A stretch of DNA of 52,230 bases, the filler included, from Sphacelaria rigidula (Eukaryota), in NCBI GenBank assembly GCA_964200075.2. It is 4 parts of 4 records of this genome, joined end to end, with 100 filler letters (N's around TTAATTAATTAA, not from the genome) between each part and the next. Parts side by side here need not be neighbours in the genome. Positions count along the whole stretch, not along the records: positions 26,167 to 39,149 come from CAXNAA020003250.1; positions 39,250 to 52,230 come from CAXNAA020003251.1; 2 more parts are not named here. The stretch is one strand, 5' to 3'. The translations under genes were made by a program, and so were the position numbers. Shown piece by piece: positions 37,601 to 51,045 of the stretch (its first letter is position 1; each line of letters begins with the position of its first letter). Under the pieces are notes generated by a model, which searched no databases, was not told the DNA's origin, and worked only from the letters and a program-made list of their open reading frames with translations.

Positions 37601-37863
37601 TGGTTGTGTGCGTACACTGGAATGTGTGCATTTCATTTTTCCGATCTTGGACGCTCGTGGCAATTTGTAACTTTAATTTTTTCCACGTGTTTTTTTTTGT
37701 GATCCAGCCGTGCAGCGGCCACTCCAGTCGAAAGTTGTGTTTGCATACAAGCTGGCCCGGGTTGGATGTGATATTTGCTTTTGGTTCAAGAATTATGGAT
37801 TATTTGGGATGTAGAAGAGACGTAAAACTCACACGAACAAAACTGCGAAACAAAAAAAGCAAG

Positions 37864-38741
37864 TTTGCTTCGGCTCAAGAGTTCTGGTATTATGTGTTGT
37901 CCCGTTTCCACGTACGGCAGTGTCTCACTGGAATTACCGCAAATTAAAATGCCTGCAACCAAAAACAAATCGAACTCAAAGCGGTATGCACTCGGTGCAT
38001 TTTTTGTCCCCATGAACTCATCAACCACTACATACTATTAATCAGGCTTACCCGAAAATCGACGCTGACGACTATGTTATTACTATCCCCTGCGGAGCTA
38101 TCCACCTCTCCCCCTACTGTTACGGTAGAGCTACTCCACACAGTCACCTATCCACTTTTTGCACCCTGGTTCCACCCTTTCTTGAGCGACGGGACGGCGG
38201 GTGGGAAAGTCGACCGATTCTCTGCGAAGCGCGCTAATTCGTGCCTACTTCTCCCTACTTGTGCTGAATATACCAGTCGGCCGCTGCTAGATGAATGCTA
38301 CTTGTTGCTGGTGATGGTATCTGTACTCGTGTGTGCGGCAACCTAGCTGCGATGGCCAACTTTTCTACTGACAGCGGCACTGCAGCTGGGAAACAAGGAC
38401 AGACACCGTACCGTTTTTCTGCACGTACGTCCCACATTGTCAGAATTCGTACACGCCTACGCAAACACCGCTTTCATACTGAACGCTACATTTTGCTTCG
38501 GCTCAAGAATTTTGGTATTATGTGTTGTCCCGTTTCTACGTACGGCAGTGTCTCACTAGAATTACCGCAAATTAAAATGCCTGCAACCAAAAACAAATTG
38601 AACTCAATGCGGTATGCACTCGGTGCATTTTTGTCCCCATGAACTCATCAACCAATACATACTATTAATCAGGCTAACCCGAAAATCGACGCTGACGATT
38701 ATGTTATTACTATCCCCTGCGGAGCTATCCACCTCTCCCCC
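37864..38741. repeat. Two ~250-bp highly similar direct repeats (37864-38114 and 38492-38741)
   Basis: TTTGCTTCGGCTCAAGA...GGAGCTATCCACCTCTCCCCC present twice with a ~377-bp spacer. Confidence 0.9.
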
Positions 38742-38800
38742 ATCAGGCGAACCTGATTGGCAGTCGAGTATCTTGTTAAACTCTAACTTTTAGCGTCTCG

Positions 38801-39149
38801 CTACCCTACTCGCTGTTCTCCTAGCGCTACGGAGACGTCCTCTGCGCCCTCCCCCGCCTCCCTGACGTAAACCATAAACGCCCTCGACTTCCACCGTCCT
38901 GCTCGTTGAATCTGTAGTTCGGAGATTCTTGGAGCCGCTAGATGCGTGGCCCCGCCGATCCTGCCTGACTGTAAGGCGTATTCGGCCGGGTCTCTACCCG
39001 CACGGCTGACCATGGTTCTTAGCGCTGTTACTGCTTCAATCCGAGTAAAAGCCTTCCATCCCGTCGGCGTGGCTCTCGTGGTCAGGGGGGCGTGGCCTGG
39101 CAGTTGTGGGTGCACGTCCAACAAGTCCAAAAGCGCCTCGAACGCGCCC
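38801..39149 (-). mobile_element. C-terminal tyrosine recombinase of a DIRS/Ngaro-type retroelement (cut by gap)
   Basis: YALQSGRIGGATHLA...IQRAGRWKSRAFMVYVR fits HSxRxGGAT...GRWxS...Y; catalytic His reads Gln. Confidence 0.85.
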
Positions 39150-39257
39150 NNNNNNNNNNNNNNNNNNNNNNNNNNNNNNNNNNNNNNNNNNNNTTAATTA
39201 ATTAANNNNNNNNNNNNNNNNNNNNNNNNNNNNNNNNNNNNNNNNNNNNCACTTAAA

Positions 39258-39500
39258 GCGAATGATCAAAGCCACTCTCAATCGTATCATCTACTCTCAA
39301 TCTCACGAAAACACTGTCTTACGGCTATACGTCGATATCGTACTCAGGGATATCAAGGGCCTCCGTGGCGAGCTACTCCAGAAAGCATATCAGGCCTCGT
39401 GGAGGGGCATTTCGGAACTGAAACTCATAATTCACAAATTGAGCTGCTCCCTCTCAATCGTATCCTGTACTCTCAACATCACGAAAACATTGTTCATAGT
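39258..39500 (+). repeat. Dispersed repeat with an inverted copy at ~41270-41455 and a partial copy at ~41519-41570
   Basis: CTCTCAATCGTATC..TACTCTCAA..TCACGAAAACA and CTCAGGGATATCAAGGGC shared. Confidence 0.75.
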
Positions 39501-40527
39501 ACCCGCCCGGCGATCAATGAACATGCTACTTTTCGACGCTTGTTTCTATTCCGCTCTTTTTCTTGTGTCGGTAAGACACGGCCCTATTTTGTCTGGAAAA
39601 GGAACAGGAAAACCCTTTGAACCAATCCTGGCGACCAAAAGGGTCACGTAACTTCAGATATGTGGCGAAACTTGTTGTCGACAGAAGTTGGTTCAGATGA
39701 CAGAATTAGTCAAAACAGTACCGATTCTGGAGCAAAAACGTACCCTATGGGGATGAACAATACATGCCGCAGGTCACAGAAGCCGGGCCGATGTGATGCG
39801 GAAACTGAGGAAGAAGGTCGACCGGCCGGTCACAGAGTTGCCCGTAGACCACTACCCCTCACCGGGTAGGAAATGATCAGGACAGCTAACTGAGTGCCCC
39901 TATGCGTCAGGTCACTCCTGAAGCTGCTGAATTTGCCCGGAGAGTTTGTGCCTTCAAGCTGCTTCTCGGCCAGTGTGGAATATGAAGATGGTCGCATGAG
40001 CTAGTCAGAGATGCGGGAGAGTGGTGCCCATATTGGAAACGATAAGCGCACTCTTTCCACAGTCCACCACTATGGGTGATCCCCCACACTCTGACACCTC
40101 ACAGGGGCGCTCCCACACAAAGCAGACGAGAAATACATGGAAATGGCGACAAGTGCTTGTCGGTAACGAGTATGATGCAAACCGCCCAACAAGCGGGGGT
40201 ATAGCATGATTCATGATTGAGTGGTACACACCAACACACGGAGGGCATGTAAAAATTACGAGCAGCCGCAACGGGTAATGGAACAAGACTAAAAACATTC
40301 CAACAAAGAATCCGCGTAAAAATCATTCCCGTCCTTTGAGAAGTATCTCCTTCGCCTCGTTTATCTTCGCAGCCATGTATTTGGATCCTCCTTTGTCTGG
40401 ATGGTTGATCATGAGTATTCTCCGATGAGCATCCTGCAGCGTCAACCGCGAAAACGAACAGAGTCACCGAAAAAGACGGACGTGGCGTGTTGACAAGTGT
40501 TCAAGGTTGTGTTCTGTAGGGCGGGTA

Positions 40528-42469
40528 TAGGCTGGTTCAGCCTCATCACCCAAAATTGTGTCATCCGCGAGTGCCCTCCGCAATACCTACCCAATCGTCG
40601 CATACAGATATACTGACCGCCATGGACAGCTCAAGAGCATGACATAGTCGGATTTGTGTTCAAGGCCATAGTGGTGGCGCTAAGAGCAGAAAGGTACCTC
40701 GATCAATCAGCGCCTCTCGAACTATCCTGAAATCGAAAATACGGATTCTTAGCCCAATTTCCACCCGAAGTTCGAATGCTTCAAATCGTGGTAACCGCCA
40801 TCAGCTTGAGAGTCTAGCGGGAAAAAAAAAATTGAAAACGGTTACTACAAGGTCGAACTATACCCGAAACCGTGGTATTTCGGTGATGTGGGGTTTTGGC
40901 GTCTAATTTCCGCTCATGATATGCACGTAAGACTCAGAGAGCCTCGTGACGGTTTCCCTCGTATGTTGTAGAAAAGCTCAGATCGGTCTCAAACGTGGAC
41001 GTTCCGTAGGTATTGATGCTCCAAACGGAATAAGTATTTTCTTGAGAACATTTCAACGCTCCTCCGTTCTTTACCGGCTTCCGGGTGTCCCAGTACGATT
41101 TTGATTCGATGCTCCAAACGGAATAATTACATTATTGACAGCATTTCAACGCTCCTCCGTTCTCTACCGGGTTCCGGGTGTCCCAGTACGAAGACTCCCG
41201 GATGGCGATACAGAACGCCTTGAGAGGAGAAAAAAAAACGACGCGTCCCGGGGTAGTCCACGAAACAGATGTAGCAATGTTTTCGTGAAATTGAGAGTAG
41301 AGGATACGATTGAGGGTGAGAAGCGGTCAATTAGTGAAGGAATAGTTTCAGTTCCGAAATGACCCTTCACGAGGCCCGAAAGGCTTCCTTCCTGTGGTAG
41401 CTCGCCACTGGGGCCCTTGATATCCCTGAGTAGGATATCGACGTGTAGCTATAAGCACACACCAGTGATGGAGGCAAATAAAAGCACACACGGCATGAAA
41501 AATTGGCTAGGTTGGAGCAAATGATCAAAGCCACTCTCAATCAGAGTCTACTCTCAATCTCACGAAAGCGTTGTTATGTACTGTATATACAGTTTGGTCG
41601 AGAAACTCGAAAACCTCAAGGTTTTTTTCGCCTCAACCCTGTTGGAACTCACGAGAAACAGCACAAACTCCCATATACGAGCTACCAGGAAAACGTAACT
41701 TTGAGTTCGGTGCACGAATTTATCACATCAAAATACTTGAACTTATAGTGGTGCACCGTTGTATTGGGCTGCATCATCAACACTTGCAGAAAAACAAGCA
41801 TACCTTACCCAATTATTACTTTTATTATTTTACTATTATTTCCGCGCATTAGTTCGACCTCGTGAACCCGTGGTCACTAACGTAGGCTCGCCTTTCCAAT
41901 ACCGTTTCCTGCTAGTCCTTACAAGACACACTACCAAAAAAAAAAAATGAGAAGAGAGACGCCACGAAAACCGGTGAGAAGTAGCTCCCCCGAATCAAAC
42001 GTCAATTGTAAATCTTCATTTTTCCATCGACGGTTCCACAAGGGTTGACGTGAAATTCACCGGAAATAGATGTTTCCATACCAAAACCAAGTAGTTATGA
42101 GTTTGCACGTCTCAAACTCACGTCATCTCACAACGCGTATAACTTTACGCTGTTATTTTTAATAGGAGTGAGACCCTGAAATTTTGCACAAATGTGCTAT
42201 GGGTCATCACGCAACTTTCGATTAACGAAGTTTTTTTTATTTACTCTATCGACTTTTTCACCGTTTTTCGGGAGTCCGGCGGGATGCAAATTTACCCCAA
42301 ACCCCTGGGACCCCCGAGAAACGGTAGCAAAAACCAAGAGGTAGAAAAAAACTCGGCCAAGTTGAGTGATGACCCATGGCAAAATCGTGCACAATTTCAG
42401 GGTCCAACTCCTAAAAACGGCGCGAAGTGTTGTGGATGAGTATTTCTAGGTTGAGCATGAACCAGCCTG
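40528..42469. mobile_element. Possible composite non-autonomous element bounded by (C/T)AGGCTGGTTCA TIRs
   Basis: TA|TAGGCTGGTTCA at 40526 and TGAACCAGCCTG|TA at 42458-42471; the two ends could belong to separate elements. Confidence 0.45.
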
Positions 42470-42479
42470 TACGATTTAT

Positions 42480-43142
42480 TTTATACCCGGGGTATATACC
42501 GGGGTATTTACCCGTACCCGATAGTTATGTGCGTTCTGTAAGCTTCTCATATCGGTACCCGACAGTTGTGTGAGATATCTACGAAACATTTACCTTCACC
42601 AGGGGTACGGGTATGCCGTTGTAGAAATATCCGGCTGCAGGTAGGGGTTTCCTTGCAACCAACCTCCATCCCGTACCCGAGAAGTACTGTAAATTCTGCA
42701 AGACTACCATACCGGTACCCGACAGTTCTGTACGTACTGTAAGGAATATCATTCCCTACCGAATATCCCCGTACCCTACAAAAACATAACCTTGGAAATT
42801 CCTTCCTTATCAGCCGTCCTATTCCTAGGGACAAGAAGACTAGAACGAAAGGCAAACCCAACCGCAACAAATGCACACACCACAACGTATCAAAGCATGT
42901 TCTCAGAATATGTCAAGATCATGTTCTCCTGTAGGCTACGATTATTTGTATACCCAAGGTATTTACCGAGTATTACCCGTACCCGATAGGTTATACGATC
43001 TCTGTACGCTCCCCACATCCATACCCGACGGTTATGAAAGTTCAGCAATACTTCCATACCGCTACCCGACAGGTTTGAAAGTTGTGTAAAACATCTGATA
43101 CCCCACTAAACATACCCGTAGCCTACAAAACACAACCTTGAA
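42480..43142. repeat. Repeat built of TACCCGTACCCGA modules with an internal duplication
   Basis: 42480-42800 resembles 42945-43142 (both end CCTACAAAAC..AACCTTG). Confidence 0.6.
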
Positions 43143-43779
43143 AAAATCGACCCACATGTGCTTGGCATGGTTTCTTATCTGCACTCTATAGTGGATCACT
43201 CGTTCGGTAAAAAAATTCACCTCGCGACGGCGAGGCATGGTTTTACATCAGCTCCTTCCTCGGAACCTCTCCCGCGGTAGTTTTCCCGCGGTTTATTCCG
43301 GTATACGGAACTTAATCGCAGTTTCGCAAGAATTTGCGAAATCCTGTACCGCACCATACCACGGTATCGCAAAATTATCTTTCCATTACCGTGACATACT
43401 GTGCCGCGATTCGCTGATGCCGTATCATACGCCCCCCGCACATCACCCGTACGGTGCCGTATGTATCGTGAACTACGAATGCCGCGTTCTAAATATAAAT
43501 CGCACCTGGGATCCCACATGCCTTGTGAGGTATGGCTCAGAGCTACGCATGCCGTCCCTCCTCACGATGCCCCGGACAGACTTTCGAATCCCCCGCGTAT
43601 GACTTGTTTTACCAACTTGTCGCTTTCATGGGTGAAACATCTCTGTTGCGGTAATTTTGATAAAAAATCCAACGTTTAACACTCAGATCCTGGTTATGTC
43701 AACAGAGGGTACAGTAACTATTTTGATATCTACGGTGCAGTAGCGGCGCATTCGTACCATGTGCTTCAACACTTACACG

Positions 43780-45700
43780 CGGCGAGATTCACCACCATGA
43801 TTGGCGTTTCGGAGACGTACGTGAATGCGCAGTTCCTACGCGGAATGTGTGGTCGTCCACGGCACACTCTTGCTTGGCGAACCCAGCCGCAAACTTTCCT
43901 TCATAACAAAACATTGGCCAAACCCCTGCCGGTACCTGGACCATCCACCAGGATCCACGGTGGAGAGGGTTGACCCAGTCCTTCGATAATACACTAGAAA
44001 GTCGGCGATTTCATGCTTTGGCGGCAATAAGCAGCATATTCGTGAAAACCAGATTGTAACTGTAACATCAGATCCTTGGTCATTCTTTAGTTCATACAAT
44101 TGGCCTGAAATTGCATTAGCTGTGCAGCAGATGCGCCCCAGACGAAGGTTGAACCCCTTGTTTGTGCGACGATACGAGTGTGCCATTTCTGCTTCGACGA
44201 TCCGGCAATATCCGGCGAAGTTACAGTCAATCTCTTCAGAATCGGTCAATTGACCAAATCGGTATCTTCTTTTCTCTTGACTGTCATGGACACTTGACAT
44301 TTGACGCAACTCAACAACTCCGGCGGATGTGATGGCATCCGAAAAGTAGACACGGCATATTGTTCCCACAAAAGAAGACTTCAACCGCTGATCAGGGTGC
44401 CTTGACTCAACAATCAATCCATTGTTCACATGAAGAAAAAAAAAATGTAGCCAACCAGGGTGTATACGGTCGAGGGTTCTGGAAAAAAAAAAGTGAAGAT
44501 CTGGTTTACACGAGTAGACCGTTAATATTCGATTGTGTTCAGAAACAGACCAAAAGCCAAGAGAAAGAACGTGCCCTCCTACCTGTAGCAACCGAAAAAT
44601 AGAGGTACCCTCGTGTAGGATGATCAGAGTTGAGGAACACGAGATAGCCACCAGCTGGATTTTGATGATGGGCACCAGAGGGTGTTGAAAAAACGGCGTT
44701 CGAAGAAGGGAAAATATTGTCCGGATACGCTGTTCCTTCATGTTGAAAAAGAACGCCGGAAAAAAAGACGTTATTTCTTGGTATCACGTCGAGAATACGA
44801 CCAAACTCCTAGTAGAGTACCTGCATAGCACTCGTCGAGAATCTGACAACCACTCAGCCTCTCTGGCCGAGGCTGCCCTCACTAGCACGATCTTATCCGC
44901 AGCTACCTGCTGGTAGGTCGGCGACATTCGGCTCCGATTGCGTCATAAGCTGTGCACTCAAACAATACTCAGACCACCTACCAAACACTTACACGCCGAC
45001 CAAAGTATTACCGCAGCGCGTGATGATTGATTCTTCTGTGTGGTGGCGGGACTTGAGTCAAGGATGGGAGAACACTCTATTACGTCGTTTTCTATCTCTG
45101 AGCGTCGTGGGATGGATATCCTTGATCCTCTGCAGATCGTCTTCACCAGTTATTTCGGCTGATGGGGTACTCGGTATTGTGCATTTGGCATTGGTATATT
45201 TCGTGTATTCAGTAGCATATTCGTGTGGATCAGATCGTAACCCTTTGTAATATCCTTGATCCTACGTCCTAGTTTTCCGGAGTTTTGACCTGAACGGCAG
45301 ACTATTATTTTCAGTCAGCCCACCCTTGACAACGGCTGAAGCCCTTACTCGTGGGAACAACACGTATCTTCGTTTTGTCGACCTGATCGCATCCGGCCAA
45401 GTAATACAGTTTCATCAAGTGTTCATGGTGGGCATGTCAAGAGATTGACCCTGATTTCGTCAATTGGCCAAACTCGAAGAGACTGCTGTAACTTCGCTCG
45501 GTGTTGTCGGATTTATGAGCGAGACACGGCAAATTGTTTACACGAGTGAAAGGAGAGCTTCAACCATCGTTCGGGGTGCATCGCCTGCACAGTCCGTCAC
45601 TCAGACCACTTGTGGACACCAGACAGTGGTCAACACGAGTACTCTGAATGAAAGATTACGATCTGACTTGACACGAGTATGCTGCTACTTGCGTATGATA
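43780..45700 (-). pseudogene. Highly degenerate hAT-like transposase
   Basis: Ordered motif ghosts: PSGAHHQN (CxAHxLN), PYTPWLAT (TRWxS), DPGGW...SPSKSV...HSA...RLR (dimerisation domain); ACCGT-rich subterminal repeats and an AAGCCCTG end at ~46331. Confidence 0.4.
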
Positions 45701-46346
45701 CATATCCGCAATTTCTCCTCTTGCCTCAGCTGTCGTATTTCTCATTTCGGTTGTATCGCACTCCACCCGTATTTTCGTTATTTCCTTCTTCTGTTGCGAT
45801 CACCGCTGGATCTACTTGCGCTTTCTGCTGTCCTGTAAGTCTCATCACGGTTGTAATTCATCATTCGCGATTAGCTTCATTTAAGATTTGGAACAACATG
45901 AGTGATCGATTATCGCACCGCTCTTGATTTTCGCCATATTTTGTTCAGATTTCATTTCCATGTCTCTGCACGATGACTATCGGGGTCGCACTACTGATTG
46001 AAAATGCAAACGCGCGCATGAACACACATGTACAGTGAAGCACGCCAACTACCCCTCGTGACCCTGCACCGTGTTTCCAGATTTCAGCAGCTCCCGCGGC
46101 GTTTTTACTTTACTGCGTAGGTGGTACCACATTCGTTCGGCGGCGTACCGTCCGTACCGTACATTCGGAGAGCCAGATCCCGAGGTACCGTAGGATACGA
46201 CATAACAGGATACCGCACCGGACACACCGCACCGTGTAGGTGCTCAAACACCGTGTACCGCGATGATATCGCGCAAGTCAAGTATCATACCGTATAGTCA
46301 TCACCCAATAACCGGTTCCGAGAAAAGCCCTGGTACACATAGTATA

Positions 46347-47209
46347 CAGTAGCGGCTACGGTTTAAGAGAACTTATTCAAGAGAAAGTACGGATTCAAGA
46401 GAGTAAAACTGGCTTGTCCCGACCAAAATCGATCTGAGAAAGAATGCCTCTTATTTCCGAGATTTTCTCTTAAGTCGAACCCGAGGGAAACCAAGTAGAC
46501 GTGCATGAGAGACTTCCTGTGACGGTTACAGCAGAGATAGAGTTGAGGCTGACAGGCCGTTCGGGGCGCGTTGGTTTTCTGCGCTTTGTGTTGATTTGTA
46601 GCGCGAGCGATAGTCTCGTGATGGGAAGCTCGTTTATTTCGTTGACTCGGGTTTTTGTCGTGGGGTTGAAATGGGTGGGATGAGGGGTTGTGGGTGTTGT
46701 GTGCAGGGGAGGGTGGGGTAGGAGTGGTTTAGTGGCTGAGTGGGTGCATTTTTCCTTGGGATCTGGTGCATCCGCAACCTCGTGTTGTCCTCCTACAAGA
46801 AGAGGTGCGAGTATGAAGCACAGCTATAACAACTCAACAGCCGAGTTTACGTGTCCACGTGCAAAATTTGTATCGCGACACCATTTATTTTTCCGACGCA
46901 GGTGTACCAAGAGCGCACCACGTACTGTACTTGGGTCCACATGCTCGCCAACCAAGAGAATGAGCGGCGTTTGGAGGTAGCCCAAGGTGCGAACGCTTGC
47001 TGACTTACGTGACATGAATGATACACTCTCCTTGACCTCTTACGGCATGTAGTTGGGATGAGAGCGTCCATCTCTGACGGTCTTTCGTATTGGTTACGGT
47101 ATAAGAGCGTTTTCTCTTATACAGTAGCCAATACAGTATAAGAAAAAGCCGGATTTGAGAGAGAAAAATTGGCTTGTCCCGGCCCTCTCTTAAACCGTAG
47201 CCGCTACTG
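46347..47209. mobile_element. 863-bp MITE with perfect 24-bp TIRs and TA TSD (Tc1/mariner-pogo type)
   Basis: TA|CAGTAGCGGCTACGGTTTAAGAGA...TCTCTTAAACCGTAGCCGCTACTG|TA. Confidence 0.9.
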
Positions 47210-49146
47210 TACACGGGACTCAACTTGCCCACCTACCCGAGCGACAGTACACCTCCAATTCTTGCTACAAGGCTTTGGGCTGCGAGCAACAGTAGAGGTT
47301 ACTCCAGTTCAGCGCCAATAATCAATGGTTGAAAACATAGTTGGTGCAAGTGTAGACCGTCAAACTCAGACCTCTACAAGGCTCACTGTCGCACCGCGTG
47401 CGCTCAGCGTCCGCTCAGCATTTCCAGCACATACTTCGGCTCAAGTCGGCGCTTGAGGTGCCCATTTCAGCCAAAATGAGGCACGCTTTGTCCACGGGAT
47501 CCTTGGTACTATGTTTGTTCAATGGCTCTCGCTCTGCGTTCGCTCGGGGTTGGGTTTCGGTTAGCGCTATGATTTGAATAACAAAAACACACATCATGTG
47601 TCAACCATCGATCATTTGGAGTCGAACTGTGAGAAAACCCGCCTCGCGCCAAGACCATCGGGAGGTTAACTCAACCCATGCGATCCAGGATATTAGTTCG
47701 TCGCGGCAACATTTTCGAGGTGAGTAGAGTGCATGGTCATCCTCCGAAAATGCACCCGTACTTGTTCACAACAATTTCACGCGGGCCACATCCTCAAACA
47801 CACACAAAGGTGCCCTACGTACGTCCACATGGATCAGTCGACCGTCGTGATCAAACCAGATTTGTCAGTGGACTGCGTGTATTCCCGACCGGACGATCGC
47901 TGAAGAGGAGGAATCAGCATCTACGTCCTTGATAACGCCCACCAGAATCGATTTCAGATTTCGGTGATCCTAGGAGGGTGGGTGGGTGGGAGGGAGGGGG
48001 CGGCATTTCCACCCCGGACGGCGTACGGATTTGCATACAGGTAAAAGTTTCACCCGAACAAGACTTGGAGCAAGATAAGTAGAGTTGAGTCACGGATGGA
48101 TTGCAAACAGGTCTGTTTTGACCTTTTGAGACAACCTCATGGTTGTAACTGGTGTTGCGGCCGATACCATCGTTCGGTTTTGAATATTCTTCATGTTCAA
48201 AATCTCACTACATCATTTCGACCAATTTTCTGTTAACTAATACCTGCGCTGTTTCTTACTGCGTCTTCACCATTTGGGAGGGAAAATTCCACGGCCGGTT
48301 CGAAACACCAAATCCACGATTTTTCAGGCCTAATTGCTCGAAAGAGAAAAAAAAGTTGACCGCTGGTCAAAAAGGTCTCCACGCAGTTCTTGCGCCATTC
48401 CACGTGCCTGGGCTGCGCGTACCTGGGTTGCAACGCTGTAAGCAACGCTTAAGGATTGATTCGTATGGTGCGAATCAATCACACTAAAATCAAGTAATTT
48501 TCAGACGAATCACCCGTTCACTCAACCCCTGGAGAGTTCGCGGATTTCGAGCGTGCCCAAGAAACATGTTGCTGTCCTTGGGTTTTAAGACTATCTTCTG
48601 CCAAGTTCAAGTTCAAAACTGCTACCTGCGATATCATCTGCTGGACCTGTGCCCCTCATGGGAGGAGACGAACACTGTAGGCACAGAGTTGATAAGGTAT
48701 ACAAAGTAATATATCGAGAGCTTATTTCACTTTTCATGCTGCTCAATAACCTCACTACACTGTCGACCATGTGAATATTGCAGATTTGACTGTAGATCCC
48801 AGTATAGAAGTTGGCACTCACGATTTGACCAACACTAACGATAAAACACTACGAACACAACGCGTTGACATTTTTATGCTCACAAGTTTTTTTTTTTTTT
48901 TCACAAACATCAACACTGCTGCGACTTCAACACCCCTTCCTCGCGAGACGGTGATTTAAACCCTGCTCCATGACACCTTTCTTACATTGAACCCTTATCC
49001 TCTCAGGGAGGAGAAGAAGAGGTGATTTCAAGACACAGGAGACTCCATGGGTGTGCCATACGACCCCACAGGGTCGGTCGGTATGGGCTTGATCGTGGGT
49101 GAAAGCATTGTCAGGCGGTGTCATCACGTATGGGTGATGCTACGAT

Positions 49147-49370
49147 AGGGGGGAGGGGGTCTTTCGGGCTATTTTTTCCACGAAATTCCACCTGAAATCG
49201 TCGTTGAAAGCAGCAACGGTTGTTCGAACCGCTTGCTAGAGATAATATATACTCGTTTACACCGCTTTACACCGTTTTCACCAAGATACAAACGTACCGC
49301 GCGTAGCTAGGTCATCTGGCACACCTGTGAGCCCTGTTTTTTCGTGGAATCAACCTCCTCCCCCCCCCTA
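49147..49370. mobile_element. Small MITE with G-rich/C-rich inverted ends
   Basis: TAGGGGGAGGGGG...CCACGAAA vs TTTCGTGG...CCTCCTCCCCCCCCCTA. Confidence 0.5.
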
Positions 49371-49703
49371 TATTAATTTCAAGAGCATTCGAATAAATGC
49401 TGTGGCGTGCACCGACGCTTGAAGTCACTCCCCGCGGGAAGTGGTCTCGAACATCGTTCCAACTGTCGTGAGGGGAAAAGTAAGTATTTCACGGGAACCG
49501 TAGGTAAGGTACCGTACGGAGCGTACCCCCGGTATTTACCGGGGTATCCCATACCGTGGTATGCGTGGGTATTGTAGGTATGAGTTTTGAAAATACCCGA
49601 TTGAGCGGGTACGGTAGGTATTGGAACCTCGAAATACCTTGGCATCATAGGTATCGCGGGTATGACATTTGAAAATGCCCGATTGGGCAAGTGCGATATG
49701 TAC

Positions 49704-50035
49704 TGTGTGTTGTCATCCCATCTATGCTGGACGCCGGTCTACACCTTTCGGGGTCACACAGGAGGAAGGTCAACACAGGAGTTCTTCAGTTTTTCCTTGT
49801 TTTAGTTCTCCACCTTCCTTCTGCGGTGCTTGCCTTTCTTTTTTATCGCGAGAGGGGCTCAGCAGTCCCTTTCCCTCGTCGATCGTGAAGTCGAATTTTG
49901 TGTACCCACGATACAGTCGCTCTCCACTGTTTGGCATTGTGTAAGGAAAAATCCCAGGTCATTCCGAGATTTGAACCAACGACCCAAGCGTCAGAGGGTT
50001 TCGAGGTTACCAACTGAGCCACCGGGGCGATCGGC
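49704..50035 (-). mobile_element. tRNA-derived SINE
   Basis: A-box TGGCTCAGTTGG, B-box GGTTCAAATC, short CA tail. Confidence 0.85.
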
Positions 50036-50184
50036 CGGTACTGATATCTCGAAATACCGTGGTATCGTAGGTATCGTAGGTATGACATTTTAAAATACCC
50101 ATTTGGACCGGTATCGGTAGGGTATGAGATGTCCCAAATGCGAGTGTTTCAAAATGTCATCCGGCAGTACGGAGAAGTGTTTCA

Positions 50185-51045
50185 GGGCGTGTCTTCGCAC
50201 TCTTTTCTTCAATCGAAAAATTGGGGCGGTGGAATCGATTTGAGCGAACATCGCTCATTTTTGTCAAGTTGGGTCTAAGTGAATTTTTAAGCTTTCGATC
50301 GAAAAAAGACAGCGAAATTCGTGAAGCGGTATATGGTCACTCGTGTACAGTTTAGACAGTCTGTGCTGTCTGCACTGCTCGCAAGCAGCGTCTTGAGTGC
50401 GCATGTGCGTGTTTCGTACAGTAGGATTTTGAAGAGAAGCGGGCAACGTGCAGTGCAGACAGCCAAGGACTATCAGTTCTCTCTGCTTACAACGGGACGT
50501 GAAAAAGAATTCAACAACGTGCAGCTTTGTACTGCCTGCACTGTCCATGAGCGTGGACGCAACTCGGTTGCCCACCGCACCACGCAGTTCCGTCGCTGAT
50601 CCTACCATGAAAAAAATGCGCAAGTTTACGTCAAGAAAACAAAACAAAACGCACCCAACTACTGCAGTGTATCTGTCCCTGTGCTCAGCTCGTACTCGAT
50701 GCTGCAGGTTGCGGTGGTAGCTGAAAATGAGTTGGATGGAGTTAGCATGGTTCTGTGAACAGGTGCTTTATTTGGCGTGGTGGTTCGTAAGATAAGAGTC
50801 AAGTGTCACTTCGTGCCTTTCGCCCGCATGTTTTCGATGGAAGAATCTTAGCTTCATTGTATTGTAGTTTTTCCCCGCGCGCCACTATTATAATAACTAC
50901 AAATTTGAGTTGAAGCCTTTTAAGAACATCAATGCGGTAGACTTATCAGATCGAGAAAAGGAAATTCGACCGCACTTCAGACTACGTAATGATAAGTTCA
51001 TTCGAATTGATCTGGGTATATAGTACTTGTGAAAACAAGACGTAC
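50185..51045. mobile_element. Diverged copy of the Harbinger-like element at 13539-14360
   Basis: Starts GGGCGTGTCT; shares GTGTTTCGTACAG, AGAAGCGGGCAACGTG, TACTGCCT..ACTGTCCATGAG and TCCCTGTGCT..GCTCGTA. Confidence 0.7.

Noticed and set aside
43836-44741. 301-aa ORF as an intact gene
   Set aside because: hAT-like motifs are scattered over different frames; the open frame is a by-product of a decayed transposase
49950-50035. Functional tRNA gene
   Set aside because: A and B boxes present but no clean cloverleaf; it is the head of a multi-copy SINE
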